A stretch of 64,000 nucleotides of DNA from positions 4,448,001-4,512,000 of the forward strand of contig OZ253462.1 of NCBI GenBank assembly GCA_965261395.1. The letters are read 5' to 3'. The DNA is from Candidatus Latescibacterota bacterium (GTDB taxonomy: Bacteria; Latescibacterota; UBA2968; UBA8231). The position numbers and the translations under genes were made by a program. Shown here piece by piece: positions 1 to 9,675 of this stretch. Positions within the stretch are counted from its first letter, which is position 1. Every line of letters begins with the position of its first letter. The notes beneath the pieces were generated by a model. It did not search any database. It saw only the letters and a list, made by a program, of their open reading frames with translations, and had not been told where the DNA came from.

Positions 1-1407
1 GTGCGGCTCGATCCGGCGGGCGTCAACGCGCAGGGCCGCGTTGACAGCCCAAGGATCCTTCTCCCACTCTTGATATGTGAACAAAGCACCGGCGTATTCC
101 TCGGCCGGTGGCGTAAAATTAAGCCCAGCCGCGGCATAGTTGCGGTACTCGTACCACAGACCAATCGCGCCGTTTGCAAAAGGCCCCATGCGATCCAAGT
201 GAGCCAGAGCGCCGCTGTTGTGCGTGAGCACGCCGAACTCCATTCCCAAGTCGCCACTATCTTCGAATTCTCCGTGCTGATAGCGTGAAAACGAGTGGTG
301 CAGTTCTAGGCGCTGGAGCCAGTCCGGCCCGGTGAGGATTTCGCCGCGCCCTTCGAGGTGCTGGCGCTGAAGATCAATGGATACACCGTCCGGGTGGCCG
401 CCCTCTGGGTCGGGGGGAATGCCGTAGTCAGAATCGTACAAACTGCCAGACGCGCCCACGTGCCCCCAAGGGCGCACCAGACTCAGGCCGACCGAAGCAT
501 TGCCCGTGCGGATGTCCGTATTGGCGAGTACCCCATGCGGCGTGGAAATATCGTCGGCATTGCGCAGACTGCTGTCGAAGCGCAAAGCCAGTGGGCCAAG
601 CCCCTGTTCGAGGGTCAGGCCGCCGGACAAGCCTCGGTTGACGCTCTCCCCTTGATAGGTCACCGAGCCTCCGAAGCCGTCGGGCCGCTCGGAGGGCACG
701 TATCCGCGCACCACGTTGACGACCCCGGCCAAGGCATTGGAGCCGTAGAGCAAGGTGCGGGGGCCGCGCACGACCTCAATGCGCTCGGTAGTCATCGGCT
801 CAATAGCCACGGCGTGGTCTGAGGAGGAGCCGGACAAATCGCCAGTGCGCTCGCCGTCTTCGAGCATCAGCAAGCGGTCGCCCCCTAGCCCGCGCAGCAC
901 CGGACGCGCGGGCGCAGGTCCCATCGAGCGCTGGGCAATGCCCGGCTCGTAGTCGATGGTCTCGGCAATGGTGCGGCTCAAATTCTGCCGCAGCTTGCTA
1001 CCGCTGAAGACGACTTCGGGGGTTTGCAGTGGAGAAACAGGACTCGTGCGTTCGCCCTCGACGAGAATCCCCTCTACGTGCAGGGACTCGTGGCCGATAA
1101 CCAGATCGACATGGGTGGTATCTCCGGCGACGACCTCGACCACGAAGCGCGCTTCGTGGTAGCCGACGTGTAGGCTTTGCAGGACGTACGCGCCGGGGGG
1201 TACGTTGGCGAAGAAGAAGTGCCCCTCGGCGTCGCTAACCCGCGCCCGTTCAAGCTCCTCGATGACTACGGTAGTCCAACCGACGGGTTGGCCGCTTTCG
1301 GCGTCAACCACATGGCCGGCTAGAGAGCCAGTCTGGTTATCGCTACCGGAGGCGGGTCCTACTGCCAAGCTGACGAGGAAAAGAGACAAGAAAACGCAGA
1401 GGCGCAT
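1..1407 (-). CDS. TonB-dependent receptor, probably metal uptake (ZnuD-like); 3' end runs off the window
   Basis: Absent from the ORF track because there is no stop in the window. Manual translation: signal peptide MRLCVFLSLFLVSLAVG, carboxypeptidase-regulatory-like domain (GSLAGHVVDAESGQPVG), plug motifs RPVLRGLGGDRLLMLEDG and ERIEVVRGPRTLLYGSNALAGVVNVV; frame open to position 1. Confidence 0.9.
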   Translation of the reverse strand, partial: MRLCVFLSLFLVSLAVGPASGSDNQTGSLAGHVVDAESGQPVGWTTVVIEELERARVSDAEGHFFFANVPPGAYVLQSLHVGYHEARFVVEVVAGDTTHVDLVIGHESLHVEGILVEGERTSPVSPLQTPEVVFSGSKLRQNLSRTIAETIDYEPGIAQRSMGPAPARPVLRGLGGDRLLMLEDGERTGDLSGSSSDHAVAIEPMTTERIEVVRGPRTLLYGSNALAGVVNVVRGYVPSERPDGFGGSVTYQGESVNRGLSGGLTLEQGLGPLALRFDSSLRNADDISTPHGVLANTDIRTGNASVGLSLVRPWGHVGASGSLYDSDYGIPPDPEGGHPDGVSIDLQRQHLEGRGEILTGPDWLQRLELHHSFSRYQHGEFEDSGDLGMEFGVLTHNSGALAHLDRMGPFANGAIGLWYEYRNYAAAGLNFTPPAEEYAGALFTYQEWEKDPWAVNAALRVDARRIEPH

Positions 1408-1409
1408 CC

Positions 1410-1913
1410 CTAGCCTTCCTCATCGGCGTGGGAGTCCTCAGAGCCTGGACCGCCTTCTTCGACGTGGATTTCGATTTCCTTAGAGACGAAATCGGCGTGG
1501 CCTTCGTGGCTGATTTTGATGACGATGGTAGTCTGGCCTTCCTCTAAGCCGACGATGTGAAACGCCCAAGCACCGTCTTCTTCGTGATGCTCGACTTCGG
1601 CAATGCTCTCGTCGGCAATTTCCCAGTCGAGAGCGAAGCCTTCGTCTTCGTCCGGGGTGAAGAGGTCGCCATCTTCGGCGATAAAGCGCACGGACAGCAG
1701 GGCCGTTTCCAGGCCGTGGCCCACTGTAATTTCGCCTTCGACCTCGCCGTTTTCGTAGCGGACGATCTCCTCGCCGCTGCTGCGAACAATTAGGCCGATG
1801 GCCTCGGCGTGTTCTTCGTCGTGCTCGCCATCGACGGGGTTATCGTCGTCGCCGCAGCTAGCAATGAAGAGGACCAGGGCGAAGATGCTCAACGCGGATA
1901 TGCTTTTAAACAT
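1410..1913 (-). CDS. Acidic/His-rich lipoprotein, TonB-receptor associated
   Basis: ATG at 1913 with GGAG RBS; lipobox FIASC; EHDEEHAE, EHHEE and HEGHAD motifs; stop 2 nt upstream of the receptor start. Confidence 0.8.
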   Translation of the reverse strand: MFKSISALSIFALVLFIASCGDDDNPVDGEHDEEHAEAIGLIVRSSGEEIVRYENGEVEGEITVGHGLETALLSVRFIAEDGDLFTPDEDEGFALDWEIADESIAEVEHHEEDGAWAFHIVGLEEGQTTIVIKISHEGHADFVSKEIEIHVEEGGPGSEDSHADEEG

Positions 1914-2050
1914 GGTGCTAGTCTCCAATGGTTTGACCGTCCACACGCATTCCCCTAGGCGTTGCGCACAAGACGGGAATTTAATGGTACGCGAAAGATG
2001 GATATGGAGAGGGGCACCCACGCACTAAGCAGCTTACAAGCGTGGATGCA

Positions 2051-2365
2051 CTAGCACCGGGGCGGGCCTCGGTTGAGATGGGTAAAGCGAGGAGAAAAAA
2101 GGGGTAACGGTACTGTGCGCAGAGCGGACGGACTTGGCTCAGAGGCATTCAGCGCCACGAGCACGAGCGCCAAGCCCCCAAAAAGGAGCGATAGACCGCT
2201 CTGCAACAGGTAGGCCGGGCAGTGCTCAGGCTCGACGAGGCTCTCGTGGAAAAGCTGGTGGCTGAAGGGCAGGCCGCATAAAACAGCCACAAAGAGCACT
2301 GTCAGCGCCAGCAGGGCCAGCGAGTACACCGAGCCTATCGGGATGTCCGTTTTGCGCGTTAGCAT
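2051..2365 (-). CDS. Small membrane protein ending in RGPP; DUF2946/CruR-like putative leader (arrest) peptide
   Basis: N-terminal hydrophobic helix, HQLFH...EHCP, Pro-rich tail ending NRGPPRC; first ORF after a sigma70-like promoter. Confidence 0.6.
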   Translation of the reverse strand: MLTRKTDIPIGSVYSLALLALTVLFVAVLCGLPFSHQLFHESLVEPEHCPAYLLQSGLSLLFGGLALVLVALNASEPSPSALRTVPLPLFSPRFTHLNRGPPRC

Positions 2366-2378
2366 GACCTTGGATTTT

Positions 2379-2406
2379 AGTATAGCGGTCCCCCTACAAA
2401 AAGCAA
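2379..2406 (-). promoter_or_regulatory. sigma70-like promoter of the leader-lipoprotein-TBDR operon
   Basis: TTGCTT (2406-2401), 16 bp spacer, TATACT (2384-2379) on the minus strand. Confidence 0.5.
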
Positions 2407-2603
2407 ATTCAAAAACTCGGGCGGTAGAGGCCTAGCGGAAGAGCGACTGCCGGGGTTTATAAGCAATGCCTATTTTCTTTATTATAGTCCAGCATCGTCT
2501 GCCATGCTTTGAGGAAAACTCTTTTTTCACCCATTGGGCAAAGCGATCCTGCAAGGTCGAACCGGACGCATAACTCTAAAGCCCTATTGGTAAGGGAGTA
2601 TCC

Positions 2604-3896
2604 ATGTTTGCTGCTAAATCATCTAGCAGGTACGTCTTCCCATTCTTGCTACTGGCCCTTTCAGCAGGGCTAATTCCTCTGGAACGCGCACACGCCGAGG
2701 GTATGTCGCGGATCAATGCTATCCGCTTGGTCGTCGAGCGCAATCCGGCCGTGGAAGCCGCCCGCAATGTCTATGAAGCCGCCCGCGCCCAAGCACAGCA
2801 GGCCGGTGCCCTACCCGATCCAGAGCTAGAGGTGGAGTTCGCAGAGGTCCCCGAGCTGGGCAGCTTGAGTGAGTATGGCGAGCGCACGATCGAACTCAGC
2901 CAACGGGTTGAATTGCCGCTGAAGTGGTGGCACCGCCTCCAAGCCGGTCGCCAGCAAGCCGAAGCGACTCGTCTCGCCGTCTTCGAGATGACCAAGCTCG
3001 ATATAACTCTCCAAGCAAAGCAGGCTTACGACCGCATCGCCCTGCAAAAGTCCCTTCTCCAGCACGCCCAGCAAGACCTCGACTTAGCGCAGAATATCCT
3101 GCGCCAAGCCGACATTCGTTTCGAAGCGGGCGATGTGCCCCAATTGGATGTCATGCGGGCCAGCGTCGAAGTCGGCCGAGCTACCAATCGCTTGACTGCG
3201 GCGAAAAACGATCTATCCGTGGCCAAGACCTCGCTCAATGCTCTCCTAGCCCGGCCGCTGCAAACTCCATTCGCGCTAGCTGACAGTTTGGTCTATCGGC
3301 CCGTTGAGACTCACCTCGACCAATTGACCGCAGCAGCCCTAAAGCAACGGCCCGATTTGGCGGGAACCGAACTGCAGCTAAAAGCCCTACAGAGCCAGCA
3401 GGCGGCAGCAACGGCGGCCTATTGGCCGGATCTGAATGTGGGTTTGAGTCGCCAACAGCGGCATGAAGGTGGAGGCCACGAGGAAAATTCCTGGCAGGTG
3501 CGTTTCGGCATAGAGATACCGCTGTGGGCCTTTTCCCGCCAGCGCAGTGAACGCGCCGAAGCCAAGGCCGAAGTAGCCAAAGTCGTAGCCGAACGCGATG
3601 TGGTGCGCTATCAAGTCCTTTTGGAAACAGAACAGGCCTATCTGGACCTCAATACCGCCGAAGAACAAGTGGCCTTGTTCCAAGACCAAATTCTACCCGA
3701 GGCAGAACGGGCATTCGAGGTGGCCGGCCGCAGCTACGACGAAGGCAAATTGACCTATCTGGAACTGCTCGAAGCCCAGCGCACTTGGATCGAGACGCAG
3801 ATAGAATACGCCCAGGTCCTGTTCAAGTATCGCGCGGCCACGGCTGCGTTGGAACGGGCCATTGCTGGTCCCCTGTCCGCTAATTCTGGAGAATGA
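2604..3896 (+). CDS. czcC: TolC/CzcC-family outer membrane efflux protein
   Basis: Signal peptide, OEP repeats (ALPDPEL, YDEGKLTYLELLEAQR), first gene of an RND triplet. Confidence 0.88.
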   Translation: MFAAKSSSRYVFPFLLLALSAGLIPLERAHAEGMSRINAIRLVVERNPAVEAARNVYEAARAQAQQAGALPDPELEVEFAEVPELGSLSEYGERTIELSQRVELPLKWWHRLQAGRQQAEATRLAVFEMTKLDITLQAKQAYDRIALQKSLLQHAQQDLDLAQNILRQADIRFEAGDVPQLDVMRASVEVGRATNRLTAAKNDLSVAKTSLNALLARPLQTPFALADSLVYRPVETHLDQLTAAALKQRPDLAGTELQLKALQSQQAAATAAYWPDLNVGLSRQQRHEGGGHEENSWQVRFGIEIPLWAFSRQRSERAEAKAEVAKVVAERDVVRYQVLLETEQAYLDLNTAEEQVALFQDQILPEAERAFEVAGRSYDEGKLTYLELLEAQRTWIETQIEYAQVLFKYRAATAALERAIAGPLSANSGE

Positions 3897-5086
3897 AAAT
3901 GCGTATCTACACGACGAGCTTGGGAATTATTGGTCTGCTGACAGCTCTCTTCGCGCTAGGAGATAGTGCGGACTTTTCTTTTTGGAACCAGCCGGTTTGG
4001 GCTGCCGAGGAGGATCACGAGGAGGAGGAAGGGCTACAGTTGAGCACGGCGGAACGGACTGAATTTGGCATCGAGGTCGCCCAAGCGGCTGCGGGCCAGT
4101 TGGCAATTCAGGTGCATACGCCTGGAGAGGTGCAGGTCAATCCCGATTTGCTGGCTCACATCGTGCCTCGCGTAGCGGGAGTGGCTCGCCAGATCCACGC
4201 CAATATCGGCGATCAAGTTCAGCAAGACCAAGTGCTGGCCGTTTTGGAAAGCCAAGAGCTGTCCGAACTGATATCGGCCTATTTAGTAGCCCAGGAGCGT
4301 TTGGAACTGGCCCAGGCAACCTTTGACCGAGAAGAAACGCTGTGGAACCAATCCATCTCTTCGGAGCGGGTTTTTCTCGAGGCCAAAACCAAGCTGGCCG
4401 AAGCGCGTATTGACCTGCGAGTAGCCAAACAAAAACTCCTCGCGCTGGGCTTTGCGGCCGCCTATCTCGAAAAGCTGTCCTTCGACAACGACAATCGCTT
4501 TACCCGCTACGAAATAAGGGCCCCCTTCACCGGGACCATCATCTACAAACACATAACCCAAGGCGAAGTGCTCAAGGACGATTCCGAAGCCTTCGTGGTG
4601 GCCGATCTGCGTTCAGTTTGGGTCTTATTGACGGCTTATCAGAAAGACTTGCCCTTCCTGCGCATCGGCCAACCCGTCCACATCAAAGCCAGTCAAGGCG
4701 GCCCTGAGACCACGGGGACCGTAGACTATATCAGCCCCATCATAAGCGAGGCGCTGCGGACGGCTTCGATCCGCGTGGAGCTCTCCAACCCGGACGGCCA
4801 ATGGCGGCCCGGCTCCTTTGTCACGGCCACGATCGATGTAGAGGGCGTCGCTGTGCCTCTCTTGGTGCCCCGATCGGCTATCCAGATGGTGGATGACCAC
4901 TCCGTCGTCTTCATGGAGACCGACGAGGGATTTGTGCCCCAGCCCGTCCAGATCGGCCGCACCAACCCCACTCATGCCGAGATTCTCTCCGGGTTAGAGG
5001 TGGGACAGCCTTACGTCGCCCAAGGGGCCTTCATCCTGAAAGCCCAGTTGGCCAAAGGCGCTTTCGGGGATGGCCACGCCCATTAA
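3893..5086 (+). CDS. czcB: CzcB/CusB-family RND periplasmic adaptor
   Basis: IRAPFTGTI, VADLRSVWV, WRPGSFV and C-terminal GHAH; ATGA overlap with czcC. Confidence 0.9.
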   Translation: MKMRIYTTSLGIIGLLTALFALGDSADFSFWNQPVWAAEEDHEEEEGLQLSTAERTEFGIEVAQAAAGQLAIQVHTPGEVQVNPDLLAHIVPRVAGVARQIHANIGDQVQQDQVLAVLESQELSELISAYLVAQERLELAQATFDREETLWNQSISSERVFLEAKTKLAEARIDLRVAKQKLLALGFAAAYLEKLSFDNDNRFTRYEIRAPFTGTIIYKHITQGEVLKDDSEAFVVADLRSVWVLLTAYQKDLPFLRIGQPVHIKASQGGPETTGTVDYISPIISEALRTASIRVELSNPDGQWRPGSFVTATIDVEGVAVPLLVPRSAIQMVDDHSVVFMETDEGFVPQPVQIGRTNPTHAEILSGLEVGQPYVAQGAFILKAQLAKGAFGDGHAH

Positions 5087-5107
5087 CCAGCGGAGAGGAT
5101 AGACCTG

Positions 5108-8100
5108 ATGATTGACCGCATTATTCAGCTAGCGTTGAACAACCGGTTGCTCATGCTGGTTTTGGGAGCAGTGGTCGTGGTGAGTGGTTATTACAGCTAT
5201 CGGCAGTTGCCCGTCGATGCCTTTCCCGATGTCTCGCCCAACCTAGTCCAGGTATTCACCGTCACCGAGGGCTTGGCTCCCGAAGAAATCGAAACCTACG
5301 TCACCTATCCCATCGAGACGGTGATGAACGGCCTGCCGAGCATCGAGAACATCCGCTCCGTGTCCAACTTCGGCCTCTCGGTCGTCAATATCTACTTTGC
5401 AGACGGAATAGACATCTACTTTGCCCGCCAGTTGGTCAACGAACGACTCCAAGAGGCCCGGGAACAGATCCCGGAGGGCTTTGGCGAACCCGCGCTGGGG
5501 CCGATTTCGACCGGCATGGGCTTGGTGCTGTTCTACTATCTCGAAGACACCACCGGCGAGCACTCGCTCGAAGAGCTGCGCACCATCCAGGATTGGTTGG
5601 TCAAATTCCACCTGCAAACCGTGCCTGGGGTCACCGAGATTTTGGGCATCGGCGGCTATGAGAAACAGTTCCACGTCGTGGTCGATCCCCACGCCTTGCT
5701 GCGCTACGGGGTGACGCTGCACAATGTCATCGAACAGATTGAAGCCAACAATCTCAACGTCGGTGCCCAGTTCATTGAAAAGGACGCCGAGGAATACGTC
5801 GTGCGCTCAGTGGGTCTGGCCTCTACGGTCGAGGATATCGAAAACATCGTCATCAAGGCCGGTGGCGGAACGCCCATCTTTCTCAACCAAGTAGCCGAGG
5901 TGGACATTGGCGGGGCCATCCGGCGCGGCGTGCAGACTCGCAACGGCGTGGAAGAAGTAGTGGCCGGCATGGTGATAAAGCTCTTCGGCACCAATTCCTC
6001 GACCGTGATCGAGCGGGTTGAAGCCAAGATGGAAGAGCTCAATCGCATCTTGCCCGCCGGGGTGCGCCTAGTACCCTACTACGAGCAAAAGACCTTGGTG
6101 GCGGCCTGCGTGGCCACGGTCACCAATGCCTTGATTCAGGGCATTGTCCTAGTCACACTCGTGTTGGTCCTCTTCATGGGTAGCGTCCGACCCAGCCTAG
6201 TAGTAGCCCTGTCCATTCCCTTTTCAGTGCTGTTTGCTACCCTCGGCATGCACTACTTCGGCCTCTCGGCCAACCTCATGTCCCTCGGCGGCTTGGCCAT
6301 CGCCATCGGCATGATGGTGGACGGCACCATTGTCGTGGTCGAAAACGTGGACCGCATCCTGCGCCAAGCCGAACCGGACGAGGGACGCATCCAGGTCGTA
6401 GCCCGCGCCTGCGTGGAAGTCGGCCGTCCCATCGTCTTCGCCATCGCCATCATCATTCTCGTATTCCTCCCCTTGTTTACCCTGCAAGGGGTAGAGGGCA
6501 AAACCTTCCGCCCTCTAGCCTACACTGTGGCCATGGCCATGTTGGGCTCGTTGATTTTTGCCCTGTTCCTGGCCCCGGTGTTGTCGAACCTGCTGCTGCG
6601 GGCACCAAAATCCGGGCGCGAAGGCACCCAAGCCAGCGAAGGCTGGATGATGCGTCGCTTGGTGGCCGCGTATCGACCCATTGTCACTCGCTTCGTCGCC
6701 CACCGCTTTTGGGCACTCGGCTCAGCGGGCATCCTCCTGCTCATCGGGCTGGTGATTTTTCCGCGCCTCGGATCGGAGTTTACCCCGGCCCTGCAGGAAG
6801 GCACCCTAGTCCTGCGGCTGACCATGGCCCCCTCCATCTCGCTCAAGGAAAGCACCCGCCTCACCATGCTAGTCGAGCGCCGTCTATTGCAGATCCCCGA
6901 AGTTACCGGCGCGGTTTCGCGCATCGGTCGCGGCGAAGTCGGCGCTCATACCGACCCCATCAACAACGCCGAGATGTTTCTCCTGCTCAAGCATAGGGAC
7001 CAGTGGCGCACGGCCCGCGACCAAGAAGAGTTGCGCGAGATCATTCGCGCCGAGTTGGGGGAAATTCCCGGTGTGCTGACCAACTTCACCCAACCCATTG
7101 CCATGACTGTGGATGAATTGCTCGAAGGGGTGCGGGCCGAACTGGCGGTCAAGCTCTTTGGGGATGATCTGGACGTGTTAAAACAGAAGGCCGACGAAAT
7201 CGCCCAAGTGGTCAACGCGGTTGCTGGGGCGGCCGATGTCCAAGTGGACCAAATAAGCGGCACGCCCCAGCTACTCATCCGGGTGGACCGACAGGCCATT
7301 GCCCGCTACGGCGTCAATGTGGCCGATGTGCAAAAGGTGGTGCAGGCAGCCGTGGGCGGCGAGACGGTGGGACAAGTGTTTGAAGGAACGCGCCGCTTCG
7401 ACATTGTGGTGCGCTTCGCCCCGCAATTTCGCAGCAGCCCCGAGGCCATTGCCCAAATTTTGGTCCAGTCCCCCAAGGGCGTCCAGCTCCCGCTGGTTCA
7501 GCTAGCCCAGATCGAAGAAGTGGTCGGGCCGCGCCAAATCACCCGCGAAAAGAGCCAGCGCTTCATCACGGTTCAGTGCAATGTCACCGACCGGGATATT
7601 GGCTCCTTTGTCGCGGACGCGCAAAAGGCCATTGCAGACCAAGTGGACCTGCCGCCGGGTTATCTGGTGACCTGGGGCGGCCAGTTCCGCCTGCAGCAAG
7701 AAGCCAACAAGCGGCTGGCCATCGTCGTGCCCATTACCCTCTTCGTGCTCTTCTTGCTGTTGTTTTCCAGCTTCAATTCGCTTAAAAACGCGACCCTTAT
7801 CTTGCTCAATATCCCGCTGGCGCTGGTGGGCGGAGTGGTGGCTTTGTGGCTGACCGGACAAAACCTGTCCGTGCCGTCCTCGGTCGGTTTCATCGCTCTG
7901 TTCGGCATTGCCCTGGAAAACAGCATGGTGCTGGTGACCTACTTCAACCAGCTCGTCCGCGATGGCGTGGACCTCGATGAAGCTTCCATCCAAGGGGCCT
8001 GTCTGCGGGTGCGGCCGGTGCTGATGACCGCCCTGACGACGGCCCTTGGGCTGCTTCCGCTGCTGTTTTCCAGCGGCACCGGCAGCGAAGTACAACGACC

Positions 8101-8248
8101 GCTAGCTACGGTAGTCGTCGGAGGCTTGGTCAGCTCCACCGTGTTGACTTTGCTGGTACTGCCGGCGCTCTACAAGTGGTTTGCTGTGCAACTGAATCAC
8201 GGAGAAGCAGAAGCGCTATTGGCGGAACGGGAAGAAGTGACCTTCTAA
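5108..8248 (+). CDS. czcA: CzcA/CusA-family heavy-metal RND efflux transporter
   Basis: LPVDAFPDVS, MSLGGLAIAIGMMVDGTIVVVEN, RPVLMTA and GSEVQRPLATVVVGGL; 1046 aa. Confidence 0.95.
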   Translation: MIDRIIQLALNNRLLMLVLGAVVVVSGYYSYRQLPVDAFPDVSPNLVQVFTVTEGLAPEEIETYVTYPIETVMNGLPSIENIRSVSNFGLSVVNIYFADGIDIYFARQLVNERLQEAREQIPEGFGEPALGPISTGMGLVLFYYLEDTTGEHSLEELRTIQDWLVKFHLQTVPGVTEILGIGGYEKQFHVVVDPHALLRYGVTLHNVIEQIEANNLNVGAQFIEKDAEEYVVRSVGLASTVEDIENIVIKAGGGTPIFLNQVAEVDIGGAIRRGVQTRNGVEEVVAGMVIKLFGTNSSTVIERVEAKMEELNRILPAGVRLVPYYEQKTLVAACVATVTNALIQGIVLVTLVLVLFMGSVRPSLVVALSIPFSVLFATLGMHYFGLSANLMSLGGLAIAIGMMVDGTIVVVENVDRILRQAEPDEGRIQVVARACVEVGRPIVFAIAIIILVFLPLFTLQGVEGKTFRPLAYTVAMAMLGSLIFALFLAPVLSNLLLRAPKSGREGTQASEGWMMRRLVAAYRPIVTRFVAHRFWALGSAGILLLIGLVIFPRLGSEFTPALQEGTLVLRLTMAPSISLKESTRLTMLVERRLLQIPEVTGAVSRIGRGEVGAHTDPINNAEMFLLLKHRDQWRTARDQEELREIIRAELGEIPGVLTNFTQPIAMTVDELLEGVRAELAVKLFGDDLDVLKQKADEIAQVVNAVAGAADVQVDQISGTPQLLIRVDRQAIARYGVNVADVQKVVQAAVGGETVGQVFEGTRRFDIVVRFAPQFRSSPEAIAQILVQSPKGVQLPLVQLAQIEEVVGPRQITREKSQRFITVQCNVTDRDIGSFVADAQKAIADQVDLPPGYLVTWGGQFRLQQEANKRLAIVVPITLFVLFLLLFSSFNSLKNATLILLNIPLALVGGVVALWLTGQNLSVPSSVGFIALFGIALENSMVLVTYFNQLVRDGVDLDEASIQGACLRVRPVLMTALTTALGLLPLLFSSGTGSEVQRPLATVVVGGLVSSTVLTLLVLPALYKWFAVQLNHGEAEALLAEREEVTF

Positions 8249-8362
8249 TCAGGGCGTCTCGACCAAAATTTCGGCCCAGCGCCGTCTATAGCCTTATTCT
8301 TATATTTATAGCATTATAAGAGTCTTGTCGCCTTATCCCAATGATGCCCAGGAGGCTATTGA

Positions 8363-9598
8363 GTGACCTTTGAATTTCTTGGGATATTGACCAGTTTTTT
8401 CGACTTCCTCTGGTCATCCTTCCTGTTGCTAGCGCCCATGCTGTTGCTGGGGCTATTCCTTTCCGGCCTGATTCATGTGTTCATCTCCCGCCAGGCCATA
8501 CTCCGCTGGCTCCGCGACGACAGTCTAAAATCCGTAACCACAAGTTCGGCCATCGGCGTGCCCGTGCCGCTGTGTAGTTGTTCGGTCGTGCCGGTAGTCG
8601 CTGAGATGCGCCGGAAGGGCGCGTCCCGTTCGGCCTGCATGTCCTTCCTGATAACTGCGCCGGAAACAGGCGCGGACTCAATTCTAGTCACCAATGCGTT
8701 CTTCGGATTCGTCGTTGCCATTGTCCGGCCCGTCATCAGCTTCATCACCGCGGTCGTCGCCGGGATCTTTTGCATTGGCCTCATAAAAGACGACCGCGAC
8801 GAAGCCAAGGCGAGCGACCCCGACCACTGCCATGACTGTGAGCACGATCATGGCGCGCACCAATCCCTCATAGCTGATAGAGATGATTGCTACGTCAATC
8901 CCTCGCAATTGAAGGTGTTATTAGTCAACTGGTTGAAGGGAAATGCCACCAGCGATCCTTCTCCGGGCGATGTCTCCACAGACGATCAGGGTCTGGACTT
9001 CAAGAAGCTGGTCAAGCACGTCTTTCGCTATGGCTTCATTGAGATAGCGGACGACATTCTCTTTGCGCTGCTGGTGGGCGTTGCCTTGGGAGGAGTGCTT
9101 TTTCTGGCGATTCCAAGCGACCTGATGTCAAATGAGTATGCCCGCTGGCTATCCTATCCGATCATGGTGCTGATCGGCATTCCCCTCTATATCTGCGCTT
9201 CCGCCAGTACCCCGATCGCCGCCGCACTAGTTGCCAAGGGAGTCAGCCCCGGTGCGGCGCTGATTTTCCTCATGACCGGACCAGCCACCAATACGGGCAC
9301 CATCGCGATCATCGTCAGTCAGTTCGGCACTCGCTTCGCGTCCATCTACGTCGTCGCAGTCATCGCGGTTACGGTCATTCTCGGCATCGCCATCGACGCG
9401 CTGCTTCTGGCCGCTGGTCTGACAATTTCCGTGAACCTCGACGCCTCCCATTCGCCGGCTATTCAACTCCTGCAATGGGGAAGCGCTTTGCTCCTCATCG
9501 CTCTGATCGTCTGGCGCTTTCGGGCCGGTGCCCTGCGCAACGGCTACGAGGATATGCTGTTCAATCTTCGTTTCCGGTCCAGCACTAGCGACCGGTGA
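8363..9598 (+). CDS. DUF318/ArsP-like permease (SO_0444-type metal transporter)
   Basis: PLCSCSVVP, PLYICASASTP, His/Cys loop HCHDCEHDHGAH; AGGAGG RBS before GTG. Confidence 0.85.
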   Translation: MTFEFLGILTSFFDFLWSSFLLLAPMLLLGLFLSGLIHVFISRQAILRWLRDDSLKSVTTSSAIGVPVPLCSCSVVPVVAEMRRKGASRSACMSFLITAPETGADSILVTNAFFGFVVAIVRPVISFITAVVAGIFCIGLIKDDRDEAKASDPDHCHDCEHDHGAHQSLIADRDDCYVNPSQLKVLLVNWLKGNATSDPSPGDVSTDDQGLDFKKLVKHVFRYGFIEIADDILFALLVGVALGGVLFLAIPSDLMSNEYARWLSYPIMVLIGIPLYICASASTPIAAALVAKGVSPGAALIFLMTGPATNTGTIAIIVSQFGTRFASIYVVAVIAVTVILGIAIDALLLAAGLTISVNLDASHSPAIQLLQWGSALLLIALIVWRFRAGALRNGYEDMLFNLRFRSSTSDR

Positions 9599-9675
9599 GG
9601 GGACCCCTGATCCGCAGTCGTTTCTTGCGGGGCATCATCTTCCCACCACACCAATCGGTCCACTTCTTCCCGTAT

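Noticed and set aside
750-770. Possible frameshift in the TonB receptor at the G run
   Set aside because: Recounting gives an in-frame VRGPRTLLY
1-1483. Plus-strand ORFs of 65-154 aa in the ORF track
   Set aside because: They are antisense shadows of the minus-strand TonB receptor
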